In this document: positions 17,446 to 27,564 of the stretch, piece by piece
Numbering within the stretch: the first letter of the stretch is position 1
How the letters are laid out: every line of letters begins with the position of its first letter
Source of the DNA: an uncultured Collinsella sp.
Lineage (GTDB): Bacteria; Actinomycetota; Coriobacteriia; Coriobacteriales; Coriobacteriaceae
NCBI GenBank assembly: GCA_902478965.1
Contig: CABSMQ010000001.1
Span: 14,857 to 78,856 of the forward strand
DNA length: 64,000 nt
Direction of reading: 5' to 3'
Translations under genes and position numbers: made by a program
Notes under the pieces: model-generated
What the model was told of the DNA's origin: nothing
What the model saw: the letters and a program-made list of their open reading frames with translations, nothing else
Databases searched by the model: none

Positions 17446-19521
17446 ATGAGATTCTCGATTATTAGCGAGATCCCCGGCAGGACCCGTCTTCAATTGGCGG
17501 GTCCTGTGCCAGAGAGCGATCTCGATGCACTTCTTAAGCTTGGCGGCGACATCGACGGCGTGCGCAAGGTGCGCGTGTATGGTCGCATTGGCCAGATGGC
17601 GTTGGAGTACGACGAGCCGCGCCGCGCGAGCGTGCTCGACGCCTTGGGCGCGCTCGATGCTCAAGCTATCGACGATGCCAAGTCGGGCTACGTGATGCAA
17701 CTCGAGCCGCGCAAGCACAAACTCGTTATGGACCTGGCGGCACTCGTCGGCGCCCATTACGCACGTCGCTGGTTCCTACTGACGCCGCTGCGTGCGGTGT
17801 TTGTCGTGGCCGGTTACATGACCTTTTTGCGCGCTGCCCTTCATGAGCTGGCGCAGCCGCGCCTGACCGTTCCTGTGCTCGACGCTTCGGCCATCGGCAT
17901 CTCGTTCGTCAAGCGTGATGTCGACACCGCGGGCCAGACAATGTTCCTGCTTAATGTGGGCGAATTGCTCGAGGACTACACGCGCGCCATGAGCGAAAAC
18001 GAGCTTATCAACTCGCTGCTTGATGTGCCCGACAAGGCGCAAAAGGTTGTCGGCGACACCGAGGTAAGCGTTGCCGCCACCGAGCTTGAGCCCGGCGATC
18101 TGGTCGCCGTGCGCACTGGCATGTCCATTTGCATCGACGGTGTTGTCGAGCAGGGGAGCGCTATGGTCAACCAAGCGACCCTGACCGGCGAGCCGCTGGC
18201 CGTCGAGCGCAGCGTGGGCGACGATGTATTCGCCGGCACCGTCGTGGAAGACGGCAGCATCTTGGTGCGCGTGCGCGCCAACACAGCGCAGACCAAGCTG
18301 CGCTCGATCGTCTCGCTCGTGCAGACGGCCGACTCGCTCAAGTCCGAGGGCCAGTCGCATATGGAGGACCTTGCCAACAAGATCGTCCCGTGGAACTTCC
18401 TGCTCGCGGGCCTTGTTGCGCTTACCACCCGCAGCCTCATCAAGACCTCAGCGGCACTGATGGTCGACTACTCGTGCGCACTCAAGCTTACGGGTTCCGT
18501 TGCCGTCATGACCGCCATGAGCGATGCCGCCAAGATGGGTGTTATGGTCAAGGGTGCTAAGTACTTTGAGTCGTTTGCCAAGGCCGACACCATTGTGTTT
18601 GATAAGACCGGCACGCTCACCGAGGCGCAGCCGCGTCTTGCCTGCGTACTCACCACCGATGGCTGGAGCGAGGACGAGGTCCTGCGCCTTTCCGCTTGCT
18701 TGGAGGAGCATTTTCCGCATCCGGTGGCGCGTGCCGTGGTCAATGCCGCACGCGAGCGCGGGCTTGAGCACCGCGAGCGCCATGCCGCCGTCGAGTACAT
18801 CGTGGCGCACGGCATCGCTTCGTCCATCGAAGGGCGTCGCGCCATCATCGGTTCGGCGCACTTTGTATTCGAGGATGAGGGCGCGCAGCTCGAGTCTGAC
18901 ATTAAGGAGCAAATCGAGCTCCAGATGCAGGGTCTGTCGCCACTGTACCTGGCGGTCGACGGTGCGGTCGTGGGCGTACTCGGTATCGAGGACCCGCTCA
19001 AGGCCGGGGTCCGTGAGGCCATCGCCGACCTGCATGCTCTGGGCGTCAAGCATGTCGTTATGCTCACAGGCGATTCCGAGCGCACGGCCGAGCGCATTGC
19101 ACGAGAGGCAGGTGTCGACGAGTTTAAGGCCGAACTGCTACCCGAGGACAAGTACGCCTATGTGGAGCGCATTAAGGGCGAGGGGCGCCACGTTGCCATG
19201 GTGGGCGACGGCGTCAACGATTCGCCGGCGCTCGGTTTGGCCGACGTGGGGCTGGCAATGGGTGGTGGAAGCGACATTGCCAAGGAGGTTGCCGATATCA
19301 TCCTGACCGATACGGATCTCGCCGCGATCGTGCGTCTGCGCCGCATGAGCCAGGGCCTCGTTGATCGTCTGACGAGCTCCTACTCTAAGGTGATGCTCAC
19401 CAACTCGGCGCTCTTGGCACTGGGTATTACCGGCGCGATTACCCCGCAGACCTCGTCGCTCCTGCACAACGGCTCGACGATCGCCTACAGCCTGAGCAAC
19501 GCGAAGGCATATCTGCGCTAG
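17446..19521 (+). CDS. Heavy-metal P-type ATPase, P1B-6 / FezB-like
   Basis: LTGE, DYSCAL (SCA), DKTGT, HP, GDGVND and LLHN motifs; N-terminal PGRTRL. Confidence 0.88.
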   Translation: MRFSIISEIPGRTRLQLAGPVPESDLDALLKLGGDIDGVRKVRVYGRIGQMALEYDEPRRASVLDALGALDAQAIDDAKSGYVMQLEPRKHKLVMDLAALVGAHYARRWFLLTPLRAVFVVAGYMTFLRAALHELAQPRLTVPVLDASAIGISFVKRDVDTAGQTMFLLNVGELLEDYTRAMSENELINSLLDVPDKAQKVVGDTEVSVAATELEPGDLVAVRTGMSICIDGVVEQGSAMVNQATLTGEPLAVERSVGDDVFAGTVVEDGSILVRVRANTAQTKLRSIVSLVQTADSLKSEGQSHMEDLANKIVPWNFLLAGLVALTTRSLIKTSAALMVDYSCALKLTGSVAVMTAMSDAAKMGVMVKGAKYFESFAKADTIVFDKTGTLTEAQPRLACVLTTDGWSEDEVLRLSACLEEHFPHPVARAVVNAARERGLEHRERHAAVEYIVAHGIASSIEGRRAIIGSAHFVFEDEGAQLESDIKEQIELQMQGLSPLYLAVDGAVVGVLGIEDPLKAGVREAIADLHALGVKHVVMLTGDSERTAERIAREAGVDEFKAELLPEDKYAYVERIKGEGRHVAMVGDGVNDSPALGLADVGLAMGGGSDIAKEVADIILTDTDLAAIVRLRRMSQGLVDRLTSSYSKVMLTNSALLALGITGAITPQTSSLLHNGSTIAYSLSNAKAYLR

Positions 19522-19546
19522 CAGACGTGTTCGCCCACGTTATCTG

Positions 19547-19592
19547 GCCTGCGCCCAGGCGGCATCGGTGTCGTCTGGGCGCAGGCCTTTTG
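19547..19592 (+). terminator. Intrinsic terminator
   Basis: GGCCTGCGCCCAG..CTGGGCGCAGGCC followed by TTTT. Confidence 0.75.
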
Positions 19593-19595
19593 CAT

Positions 19596-19642
19596 TTGAC
19601 CATCTGCTAGCTTCTCTATATAGTGTTGCTAGCGATGCTAGC
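19596..19642 (+). promoter_or_regulatory. Sigma70-type promoter with three TGCTAGC operator-like palindromes
   Basis: TTGACC-N17-TATAGT; TGCTAGC at 19605, 19627 and 19636. Confidence 0.65.
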
Positions 19643-19664
19643 AACTGAAGGGAGCGGAATCAGC

Positions 19665-20018
19665 GTGGGTGCTGTTAGCGGCATGGCGCAGGTGAACGTT
19701 CGCGTAGATCGCCAGGTCAAGAACCGTGCCGAGGAGGCGCTGCGGCTTTCGGGCGGGTCACTGCCCGAGCTCATCAAAAAGGTGGTGGCCAAGGTCGCGC
19801 AGGGTGGCGGGCAGTGCGAGGAAGTGCTTGCGGCCGTCGACGACCGGCAGCAGACCGTCGCGCCCGATACTCCGTTCGCCGCATCATGGGCGGCGGCGGA
19901 TCAGCTTTACGCGGACCTGGGCATCGCTACGTCGCCTGTATCCGACGATCGCGATTGGGACACAATCTATTCCGAAGCCATGGACGAGCGCTATCGCCAA
20001 AAGGGGATGATCCTGTGA
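19665..20018 (+). CDS. RHH (RelB/DinJ-like) antitoxin; start uncertain (19665 or 19684)
   Basis: QVNVRVDRQVKNRAEEAL ribbon-helix-helix-like N-terminus; GTGA overlap with the PIN gene. Confidence 0.7.
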   Translation: MGAVSGMAQVNVRVDRQVKNRAEEALRLSGGSLPELIKKVVAKVAQGGGQCEEVLAAVDDRQQTVAPDTPFAASWAAADQLYADLGIATSPVSDDRDWDTIYSEAMDERYRQKGMIL

Positions 20019-20530
20019 GCGGGGCTCCCCTCAAAATAATGGTGGATGCCAACGTATGGGTTGATTCGTTTTGCGCCGACCATGCCGAGTCGCTTGCCGC
20101 ACGTGCTTTTATCGGACGGGCGACGGAGACGGGGGCGTTGCTGTTCTTCCCGGTGCATATCGCTAAAGACGTGCTGTACGTTGTCCAACACGAGCTGAAG
20201 CGTAGCGTTCTTGCCAGCGGGGGAGCGCTCGACGAGGCTTCTGCCCGCGCGATTGGCGATGCGGCGTTGGCGTTTGTTCGGAACATGACCGAAAACGCCA
20301 CGGCCGTGGGTGCAGATGCGTCGGACCTTTGGCTGGCCGACAAATACTTAGCGCTCCATCGCGATTACGAGGACAACTTGGTGCTCGCCGCATGCAAGCG
20401 CGCACAGGTCGATTACTTGGTGACCAACGATCGCAAGCTGCTCGAACATGCCGATCTTGCAGCAAAGACCCCGCGCCAAATGATGCCGATTCTTGCTTTG
20501 GCCGAACGCGGCGGCGCGGCTATCGGTTGA
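20015..20530 (+). CDS. PIN domain toxin (VapC-like)
   Basis: MVDANV, DYEDNL and LVTND motifs. Confidence 0.85.
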   Translation: MSGAPLKIMVDANVWVDSFCADHAESLAARAFIGRATETGALLFFPVHIAKDVLYVVQHELKRSVLASGGALDEASARAIGDAALAFVRNMTENATAVGADASDLWLADKYLALHRDYEDNLVLAACKRAQVDYLVTNDRKLLEHADLAAKTPRQMMPILALAERGGAAIG

Positions 20531-20588
20531 CGCGAACTGCTTGCGGGCCTCTTGGACGACGATGCGCCAAGGGGCCCGCGTCTGCTAT

Positions 20589-21023
20589 TTACAAAAGCTC
20601 GGCCTTGATGGCGTGACTTTCTGCGAGCTGCTCGGCTGCCTTTTCGTCGGAGCTGTCGAGTGCTGCCAGGCTGCGGTAGACCCACTCGTTGACCTGAGTG
20701 TTCTTGACGCCTGCGGTCTGCATAAGGGCGCCTACCTCGCGGATTGCTGCGAGCAGATCGGCTTTGGGACCCGCGAGCTCGACCTCGATGCCGTGGTAGG
20801 CGGTCACGCCGCGGTTCTCGCTCACGTGGTCGATAAAGCCCTCGACGGTCTCAAGCTGCTGGGCGAGAGCTGCATCATCGTCAGCGTCCAGCGCAACAAG
20901 GGCGTTCGAAACCGTGAGGGCGGGATGTCCGCAGGGGACAAAGCCTTCGATGACATCCATAGCTTCGGTAATGGTTGAGCCCAGGCCTGCGAGGGCATTG
21001 ACGAGTTGCTGCTTGGTATCCAT
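20589..21023 (-). CDS. Hypothetical acidic helical protein
   Basis: AAAGGA SD before ATG; host-like codon usage. Confidence 0.75.
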   Translation of the reverse strand: MDTKQQLVNALAGLGSTITEAMDVIEGFVPCGHPALTVSNALVALDADDDAALAQQLETVEGFIDHVSENRGVTAYHGIEVELAGPKADLLAAIREVGALMQTAGVKNTQVNEWVYRSLAALDSSDEKAAEQLAESHAIKAELL

Positions 21024-21260
21024 GGCGGTCCTTTCGACGGGTCAATTTTGCTTGGCGAAAATATACGTGACGCGATCGGTAGCAAAAGTGCGAAGTGCGG
21101 CGCACATTGGGGTCTTCACAGCTCGTGCATAGAACAGCTGTCCGCTTTCAGAACGTGGTAAGATAACACTCCACAAGCGGGGCTCGCCCTGCATGTTCCT
21201 TGAAAAGTCGACGGGTGTTGGGTACTCGTGCCCGATGCCATCCAGACTTTCCCGACATTC

Positions 21261-21624
21261 GGGGGCGACTGGTTTCGACACGATAGCTCTGAGAGAGGAA
21301 GCAAGCCGAGGTCTCCTCGCCTCGTTAAACAGGGGTACCGTCAAATTGAATTGACAACAACTCTTCTTTTGAGCCTATGGCTCTCGCTGCTTAGTTTATA
21401 GCGGCGCGTCAACCCGGTGATTTCCCCGACACCGGCGCGACGTCATTTTAGGGGAATGCTCCTGCGCACGTAATCGGTATGGCGCAGGCTAAGACCGAAC
21501 CGGTTAGGACGCCGCGAGCGTGTCGCTGCGCGCAAAGCGTCCGAGACTAAACCAGCGACTGAGCTTGGAGATGCCAATCAGGGGGCTTTCGTGGACCGGA
21601 GTTCGATTCTCCGCGCCTCCACCA
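21261..21624 (+). ncRNA. ssrA: tmRNA
   Basis: GGGGGCG..CGCCTCCACCA alanyl acceptor stem with G3-U; T-arm GTTCGATT; tag frame (A)DNNSSFEPMALAA* at 21353-21394. Confidence 0.96.
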
Positions 21625-21632
21625 TAAGTAAC

Positions 21633-21670
21633 AGGCAGGTAGATACTTATATCTACCTGCCTTTTTATTT
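21633..21670 (+). terminator. ssrA terminator
   Basis: AGGCAGGTAGAT..ATCTACCTGCCT followed by T-rich tail. Confidence 0.85.
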
Positions 21671-21681
21671 CTAGTCCGTAT

Positions 21682-21813
21682 CGCGGAGAATCGAACTCTA
21701 TGCAGGGCGCGAGCGTTAAGCAAACGCGGAGCGTTTGTAGCGAGCGGGCGAGGACGCCGGCAGGCGGCCGAAGCCGGTGCGTATTTGCGAAGCAAATACG
21801 CGGATTCTCCGCG
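21682..21813. repeat. Palindromic element bounded by copies of the tmRNA T-arm
   Basis: CGCGGAGAATCGAACTC (inverted copy) and GATTCTCCGCGC (direct copy), with internal hairpins. Confidence 0.65.
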
Positions 21814-21884
21814 CAAAGCCTCGACTAGATATAGACGCGATGCCGATCGTACTGCAGCCTGCCGTGCCCCGCATCAACGCAGGG

Positions 21885-22089
21885 TGAGACGCGCTTTCCC
21901 AATGGCAGCCCAGGCGGAAAGCGCGTCCCGGAATCCGCGCTCAGACTGGGACGTAGTTTCCGGATGACACATCAAGCGGAAAGCGCATCCCGGAATCTAA
22001 GCTCGACATGGGATTCATTTTCCTGATGACGGGCTCAGCGGAAAATGAGACCCGGAATTTGCTCTGAGAACGGGACACACTTTCCGCTT
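21885..22089. repeat. Array of three ~62-bp degenerate palindromic units (BIME-like)
   Basis: GCGGAAA..CCCGGAAT..GGGA..TTTCC repeated three times. Confidence 0.75.
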
Positions 22090-22172
22090 CACCTGCCGCC
22101 TCGAAAAACCCATGCGCTCGCTATCCCAAAACTGGGTAGAAGAAAGCCAAAACGAAACAGCAGGAGGTCAAC

Positions 22173-23051
22173 ATGACTGCAGAAGATAAGGCAAAGAACG
22201 CTGGCAAGGTCGCGCTCGTCCTGGAGGGCGGCAGCTTCCGCGGGCAATTTACCGCAGGCGTGCTCGACGTTCTCATGGAGGCTGGCGTCGAGATTCCGGC
22301 TGTCTACGGTGTATCGGCCGGCGCCCTCAACGGCGTGAACTACAAATCGCACCAGATCGGCCGTGCCAACCGCATCAACCTGGCTTTCTGCAACGACAAT
22401 CGCTTCATGGGCGCCGCATCGTTTGCGTCCACGGGATCCATCGTCGGCTACGACTTTATCTTCAACGATGTCCAGGACCGCCTGGATCCCTTTGACAACG
22501 AGACGTTCGACGCGAGCCCCATCGAGATGTACGCCGTCGCGACGGACATGCTCTTTGGAACCGCCACGTACCTGCCGGTCAAAAGCGCCGTGCTCGACCT
22601 CGACGCCGTGCGCGCATCGACGTCGCTGCCGCTGGTGACGCCGCCGGTCGAGATTGACGGGCACAAATACGTCGATGGTGGCGTAGCCGATTCGGTCCCT
22701 ATCGAGCATGTGCTCGAGGAGGCGGGCTTCGACCGTGCGGTCGTCATCGTCACGCAGGACCGTTCGTATGAGAAAAAGCCCTACGAGTTTTTGCCGGCCG
22801 CGCGTGCGCGTTATGCCGACTACCCCTATCTGCTCGAGGCTATCGAGACGCGCCACGACCGTTACAACATTCAGCGCATGCACCTGTGGAAGTATGAGCG
22901 CGAGGGCCGTGCGTTGGTCGTCGCTCCGCAAAAGCCGGTCGAGGTCGGCCATGTCGAGCACGATTCGGCAAAGCTTCTGGACCTGTATATCCAGGGCCGT
23001 CAGGAGGCAAAGCGCCTGCTCGCGGAAATCCAAGAGTTCGTTGAGCGCTAG
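22173..23051 (+). CDS. Patatin-like phospholipase family protein
   Basis: EGGSFRG, GVSAG and DGG motifs. Confidence 0.92.
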   Translation: MTAEDKAKNAGKVALVLEGGSFRGQFTAGVLDVLMEAGVEIPAVYGVSAGALNGVNYKSHQIGRANRINLAFCNDNRFMGAASFASTGSIVGYDFIFNDVQDRLDPFDNETFDASPIEMYAVATDMLFGTATYLPVKSAVLDLDAVRASTSLPLVTPPVEIDGHKYVDGGVADSVPIEHVLEEAGFDRAVVIVTQDRSYEKKPYEFLPAARARYADYPYLLEAIETRHDRYNIQRMHLWKYEREGRALVVAPQKPVEVGHVEHDSAKLLDLYIQGRQEAKRLLAEIQEFVER

Positions 23052-23244
23052 CGACGGCGAACCCTCTAAAAATGACAACAGCTAAAGAGCTGGAAAATCA
23101 CGGCTCGTGGATGACATGTGCAGAAACTCTGGTCGGAGCCAAAATACCTGTTGACTCGTACGGCGAGCGGGGTAATATGGACGGGTTACTTGCAGAGCCC
23201 CGTGAATCTCTGTAACAACACGTACTGTACATGGAGGAGTCTAA

Positions 23245-23688
23245 GTGATTTCGAAATCGACTCACTACGCCAAGCAGGGCGAGGTCCAGCGCAACTGGGT
23301 TCTCGTCGACGCCGATGGTGCTGTCCTGGGCCGTCTTGCCACCCAGATCGCAATGATCCTGCGCGGTAAGAACAAGCCCCAGTTCACGCCCAACAGCGAC
23401 TGCGGCGACTTCGTTGTCGTCATCAACGCCGATAAGGTCCAGCTTACCGGTAACAAGGCCGACACGAAGACCTATTATCGCCACAGCGGCTACAACGGCG
23501 GCCTCAAGGCTGAGAGCTTCCGCCAGGCTATGGAGAAGCACCCGGAGAAGGTCATCGAGCGCGCCGTTCGCGGTATGCTGCCCAAGACCACCCTCGGCCG
23601 TGCCCAGATGACCAAGCTTAAGGTCTACGCTGGTGCCGAGCATCCGCATGCTGCCCAGAACCCCACGAAGATTGAGCTGGAGGCTTAA
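23245..23688 (+). CDS. rplM: 50S ribosomal protein L13
   Basis: [18 protein letters not shown] and RGMLPK motifs. Confidence 0.98.
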   Translation: MISKSTHYAKQGEVQRNWVLVDADGAVLGRLATQIAMILRGKNKPQFTPNSDCGDFVVVINADKVQLTGNKADTKTYYRHSGYNGGLKAESFRQAMEKHPEKVIERAVRGMLPKTTLGRAQMTKLKVYAGAEHPHAAQNPTKIELEA

Positions 23689-23690
23689 AG

Positions 23691-24086
<396 letters not shown>

Positions 24087-24117
24087 GGTTTTATCTCCTT
24101 TCGAGATACAATGTACA

Positions 24118-24160
24118 AGCGGGGCCTGCCGATTCCTCGGCGGGTCCCGCTTTTCTTTTT
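24118..24160 (+). terminator. Intrinsic terminator
   Basis: GCGGGGCCTGCCG..CGGCGGGTCCCGC followed by a T run. Confidence 0.8.
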
Positions 24161-24209
24161 CGACTAGGGTGGGCGGTTGTATATCGCCTGCTAGGGAAGG
24201 AGCAATCCT

Positions 24210-25547
24210 ATGCCCCAGAACATCTTCGGTACCGATGGCGTCCGTGGCGTCGCCAATGCCGACCTCTCGTGCGACCTCGCGTTTCGCCTGGGCCGCGCGG
24301 CGACCAAGTTTCTTGGTCCGGATATCTGCATCGGCCGCGACACGCGTCTTTCGGGCACCATGCTCGAGAGCGCTCTGACCGCCGGCATCATGGCCGAGGG
24401 TGGCCGCCCGCATTGCTGCGGCGTTATTCCCACGCCCGCCGTGGCGCTGCTCACTGTTCAAAACGAGCTCGATGGCGGCATTGTCATCTCCGCTTCGCAC
24501 AATCCGCCGGAGTTCAACGGCATCAAGTTCTTTAGCCGCAAGGGTATGAAGCTTCCCGATGCTGTCGAGGAAGAGATCAGCGCCTGGGTCATGTCCGAGG
24601 AAGCCATGGCTGCCGACACGCTGCCGACCGGTGCCGACGTGGGCCACATCATCAAGATGAAGGACGCCCGCAAGGCATATGTCGACCATGCCATCGATAC
24701 GCTTGATGGCCTGAGGCTCGACGGCCTGGTCGTTGCCGTCGACTGCGGTCACGGTGCCTCCTGCCAGACTACGCCCGCCGCGCTGCAGCGCTTGGGTGCC
24801 ACGGTGCACGCCATCAACACCGATTATTGCGGCACCGACATTAATGTTGAGTGCGGCTCTACGCACCTCGAGCCCCTTCGCGAGCTCGTGCTGCGCACCC
24901 ATGCTGATATCGGCCTGGCCCACGACGGCGACGCCGACCGCGTACTGTTCGTGGACAGCGAGGGCAATGAGATCGACGGTGACTACATCCTGGCTATCTG
25001 CGGTTCTGACCTCGCCGCTCGCGGCAAGCTCGCCAACTCCGAGATCGTCTCGACCGTCATGTGCAACCTGGGCTTCTCCATCGCTATGAAGGAGCAGGGC
25101 TTCGAGATGGTTCAGACCGCCGTGGGCGACCGCTACGTTCTGGAGCGCATGTTCGCGGACGGCGCCGTCATCGGCGGCGAACAGTCCGGCCACATCATCT
25201 TTCTGGAGCACAACACCACCGGTGACGGCCTGGTGACGGCTCTGCAGCTTCTGGCCGTGCTCAAGCGCACCGGTCGTACCCTCACCGATCTTGCCGGCAT
25301 CATGAAGAAGTACCCGCAGGTACTCGTTAACGTGCATTCCGACAACAAGGCCGGTCTGGACGATTGCCAGCCCATCTGGGATGCCGTCGCTGCTGCCGAG
25401 AAGGAGCTTGACGGTCGCGGCCGCATTCTGGTGCGTCCGAGTGGCACCGAGCCGCTGGTCCGCGTGATGGCCGAGGCCGAGACGCACGAGCTGACCCAGC
25501 GCGTTGTCGACGACATCGTCGAGGTTGTCAAGCGCGAACTTCCCTAA
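24210..25547 (+). CDS. glmM: Phosphoglucosamine mutase
   Basis: FGTDGVRG, SASHNP, DGDADR and GGEQSGH motifs. Confidence 0.96.
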   Translation: MPQNIFGTDGVRGVANADLSCDLAFRLGRAATKFLGPDICIGRDTRLSGTMLESALTAGIMAEGGRPHCCGVIPTPAVALLTVQNELDGGIVISASHNPPEFNGIKFFSRKGMKLPDAVEEEISAWVMSEEAMAADTLPTGADVGHIIKMKDARKAYVDHAIDTLDGLRLDGLVVAVDCGHGASCQTTPAALQRLGATVHAINTDYCGTDINVECGSTHLEPLRELVLRTHADIGLAHDGDADRVLFVDSEGNEIDGDYILAICGSDLAARGKLANSEIVSTVMCNLGFSIAMKEQGFEMVQTAVGDRYVLERMFADGAVIGGEQSGHIIFLEHNTTGDGLVTALQLLAVLKRTGRTLTDLAGIMKKYPQVLVNVHSDNKAGLDDCQPIWDAVAAAEKELDGRGRILVRPSGTEPLVRVMAEAETHELTQRVVDDIVEVVKRELP

Positions 25548-25618
25548 TGGTCAAAAACGGGTGCCAAGTGGTAAACTGTTAAGGTTATTTTGATTGATTG
25601 GTATGTCCGAGGGGGAGC

Positions 25619-26116
25619 ATGTTCACTAAAGTCCTAAGGTCTTTGGGTATGCGTGGTCGAGTCCTTACGCTGGATGCTCCCATCTCGGGCGACGTCATTC
25701 CACTTTCCGAGGTAAACGACCAGACGTTTGCTACCGGCCTTTTGGGCCAGGGCGTGGCGATTCGGCCCACCGGAACGCGTGTGATTGCACCGGCTGATGC
25801 CAAGGTCGAGGCCATTTTTCCCACGGGACACGCCGTTGCGCTTAACACGGTCGATGGCTTGGACGTGCTCATCCACGTTGGCCTGGACACTGTTCAGCTC
25901 GAGGGCAAGCACTTTACCGTACATGCGCAAGTGGGTGACATCGTCCATAAGGGCGATGTACTCATTGAGTTCGATCGCGAGGCAATTGCTGCCGAGGGCT
26001 ACGATGTGACGGTTCCCATCTTGGTATGCAACTCCGTTGAGTTCTCGAGTATCAAGGGCTCCGTTGGTGTGCATGTCGAAGAGATGGACCAGCTCATCGT
26101 TGCTCGCGAGCGCTAG
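25619..26116 (+). CDS. PTS glucose-family EIIA, stand-alone
   Basis: FPTGHA and LIHVGLDTV motifs. Confidence 0.92.
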   Translation: MFTKVLRSLGMRGRVLTLDAPISGDVIPLSEVNDQTFATGLLGQGVAIRPTGTRVIAPADAKVEAIFPTGHAVALNTVDGLDVLIHVGLDTVQLEGKHFTVHAQVGDIVHKGDVLIEFDREAIAAEGYDVTVPILVCNSVEFSSIKGSVGVHVEEMDQLIVARER

Positions 26117-26387
26117 CAAGTGCACGTGGCCATTAGTCTACAATTCAAACACGTTTACGGAGGGCGCCCTTGAAAGAGGACGCCCTCCGTGGCAAGATGG
26201 GATTTGTCCGAAGCTAAAAGGCTTTGGGTCACCGTGGACGGGCAGGGGCCTCGACGCGGCTAGACACGAGACACATACATTACGCGACCTCGCCCTGGTG
26301 GCCGCACACGTTGGTTGCGGCCGACGCGGGCCGCGGGCAAGTGCTTGTAAGGGAGCCTTGCCTCTCTTGTACGAGAAAGGACGCGTA

Positions 26388-27116
26388 ATGAAGATCATTA
26401 AAGCTAAAGACTACGAGGATATGAGCCGCAAGGCCGCTAATATCATCTCGGCCCAGGTTATCCTCAAGCCCGACTGTGTGCTGGGTCTTGCCACCGGCTC
26501 CACCCCGATCGGTGCCTACAAGCAGCTCGCTGCTTGGTACAAGAAGGGCGACGTCGACTTTGCCGAGGTCAGCACCTACAACCTGGACGAGTATCGCGGC
26601 CTTTCGCACGACGATCCCCAGAGCTATCACTACTTCATGCGTGAGAACTTCTTCGATCACATCAACATCAACCTGAACAACACGCATGTGCCCGACGGTT
26701 CCAACCCCGACGCCGCCGCTGCCTGCTCTGAGTACGACAAGATTGTCGCCGACGCCGGTTATCCGGATCTGCAGCTGCTCGGCATTGGCAACAACGGCCA
26801 CATTGGCTTCAACGAGCCCGATGACCACTTCTCCAAGGGCACGCACTGCGTCGACCTCACCGAGAGCACCATTCAGGCCAACAGCCGCCTGTTCGACAGC
26901 ATCGACGATGTTCCCCGTCAGGCCTACACCATGGGTACCCAGACCATCATGTATGCCCGCATGATCCTGGTCGTCGCCAACGGCGAGGCCAAGGCTCAGG
27001 CCGTGCATGACATGTGCTATGGTCCGGTTACGCCCGAGTGCCCGGCTTCGATCCTGCAGCTGCACACCAACTGCGTTGTCGTTGCCGACGAGGCCGCCCT
27101 TTCGCTCTGCGAGTAG
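26388..27116 (+). CDS. nagB: Glucosamine-6-phosphate deaminase
   Basis: LGLATGSTP, NLDEY and GHIGFNEP motifs; AAGGA SD. Confidence 0.96.
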   Translation: MKIIKAKDYEDMSRKAANIISAQVILKPDCVLGLATGSTPIGAYKQLAAWYKKGDVDFAEVSTYNLDEYRGLSHDDPQSYHYFMRENFFDHININLNNTHVPDGSNPDAAAACSEYDKIVADAGYPDLQLLGIGNNGHIGFNEPDDHFSKGTHCVDLTESTIQANSRLFDSIDDVPRQAYTMGTQTIMYARMILVVANGEAKAQAVHDMCYGPVTPECPASILQLHTNCVVVADEAALSLCE

Positions 27117-27149
27117 CGCGAATCCTGCAGCCCGACATAGCCTTGCCTA

Positions 27150-27177
27150 AGGCCTCCGCTTTGCGGGGGCCTTTTTG
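27150..27177 (+). terminator. Intrinsic terminator
   Basis: AGGCCTCCGC-TTT-GCGGGGGCCT followed by TTTT. Confidence 0.8.
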
Positions 27178-27564
27178 CTATCCTTTTCCGCCCACTTGAC
27201 CAAAATCTTGCCGCAAGCTTGACGAATACCGGATGCCCAACAGCTTGATTCATTCCATACCAGATTCTATGCAAAAATGCCACTAGAAGGTCGTAGACGG
27301 TAGCGGGTGCTAGGCGAGTTGAATGACATGGCTGAACCTTGTTCATCTGCGTTACACTGCCGCTTAGATGGGACAAGCTGACAAGCTCATTTACCTGCTT
27401 AAAGACCGATTAGTCGGGGGATTAATAACAATCGGCCCTCGCTGTACAAAAACTTGCCGCTTGCGTACCAAAAGACAACCTAAAACACAAGGTCGCTCTA
27501 TTCATAGCGCGGCTTGTATGGTCTTGCGGCTACAGTGTCCATACGGTCGAGTTGAGGAGCGGGC

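Noticed and set aside
21885..22089. CRISPR array (also considered for 6764-6838 and 48661-48803)
   Set aside because: Few degenerate units, no identical repeat with unique spacers, and no cas genes in the window.
26130..26387. Canonical glmS ribozyme
   Set aside because: The AGCGCC..GACGAGG core is not found; kept only as an unknown leader candidate.
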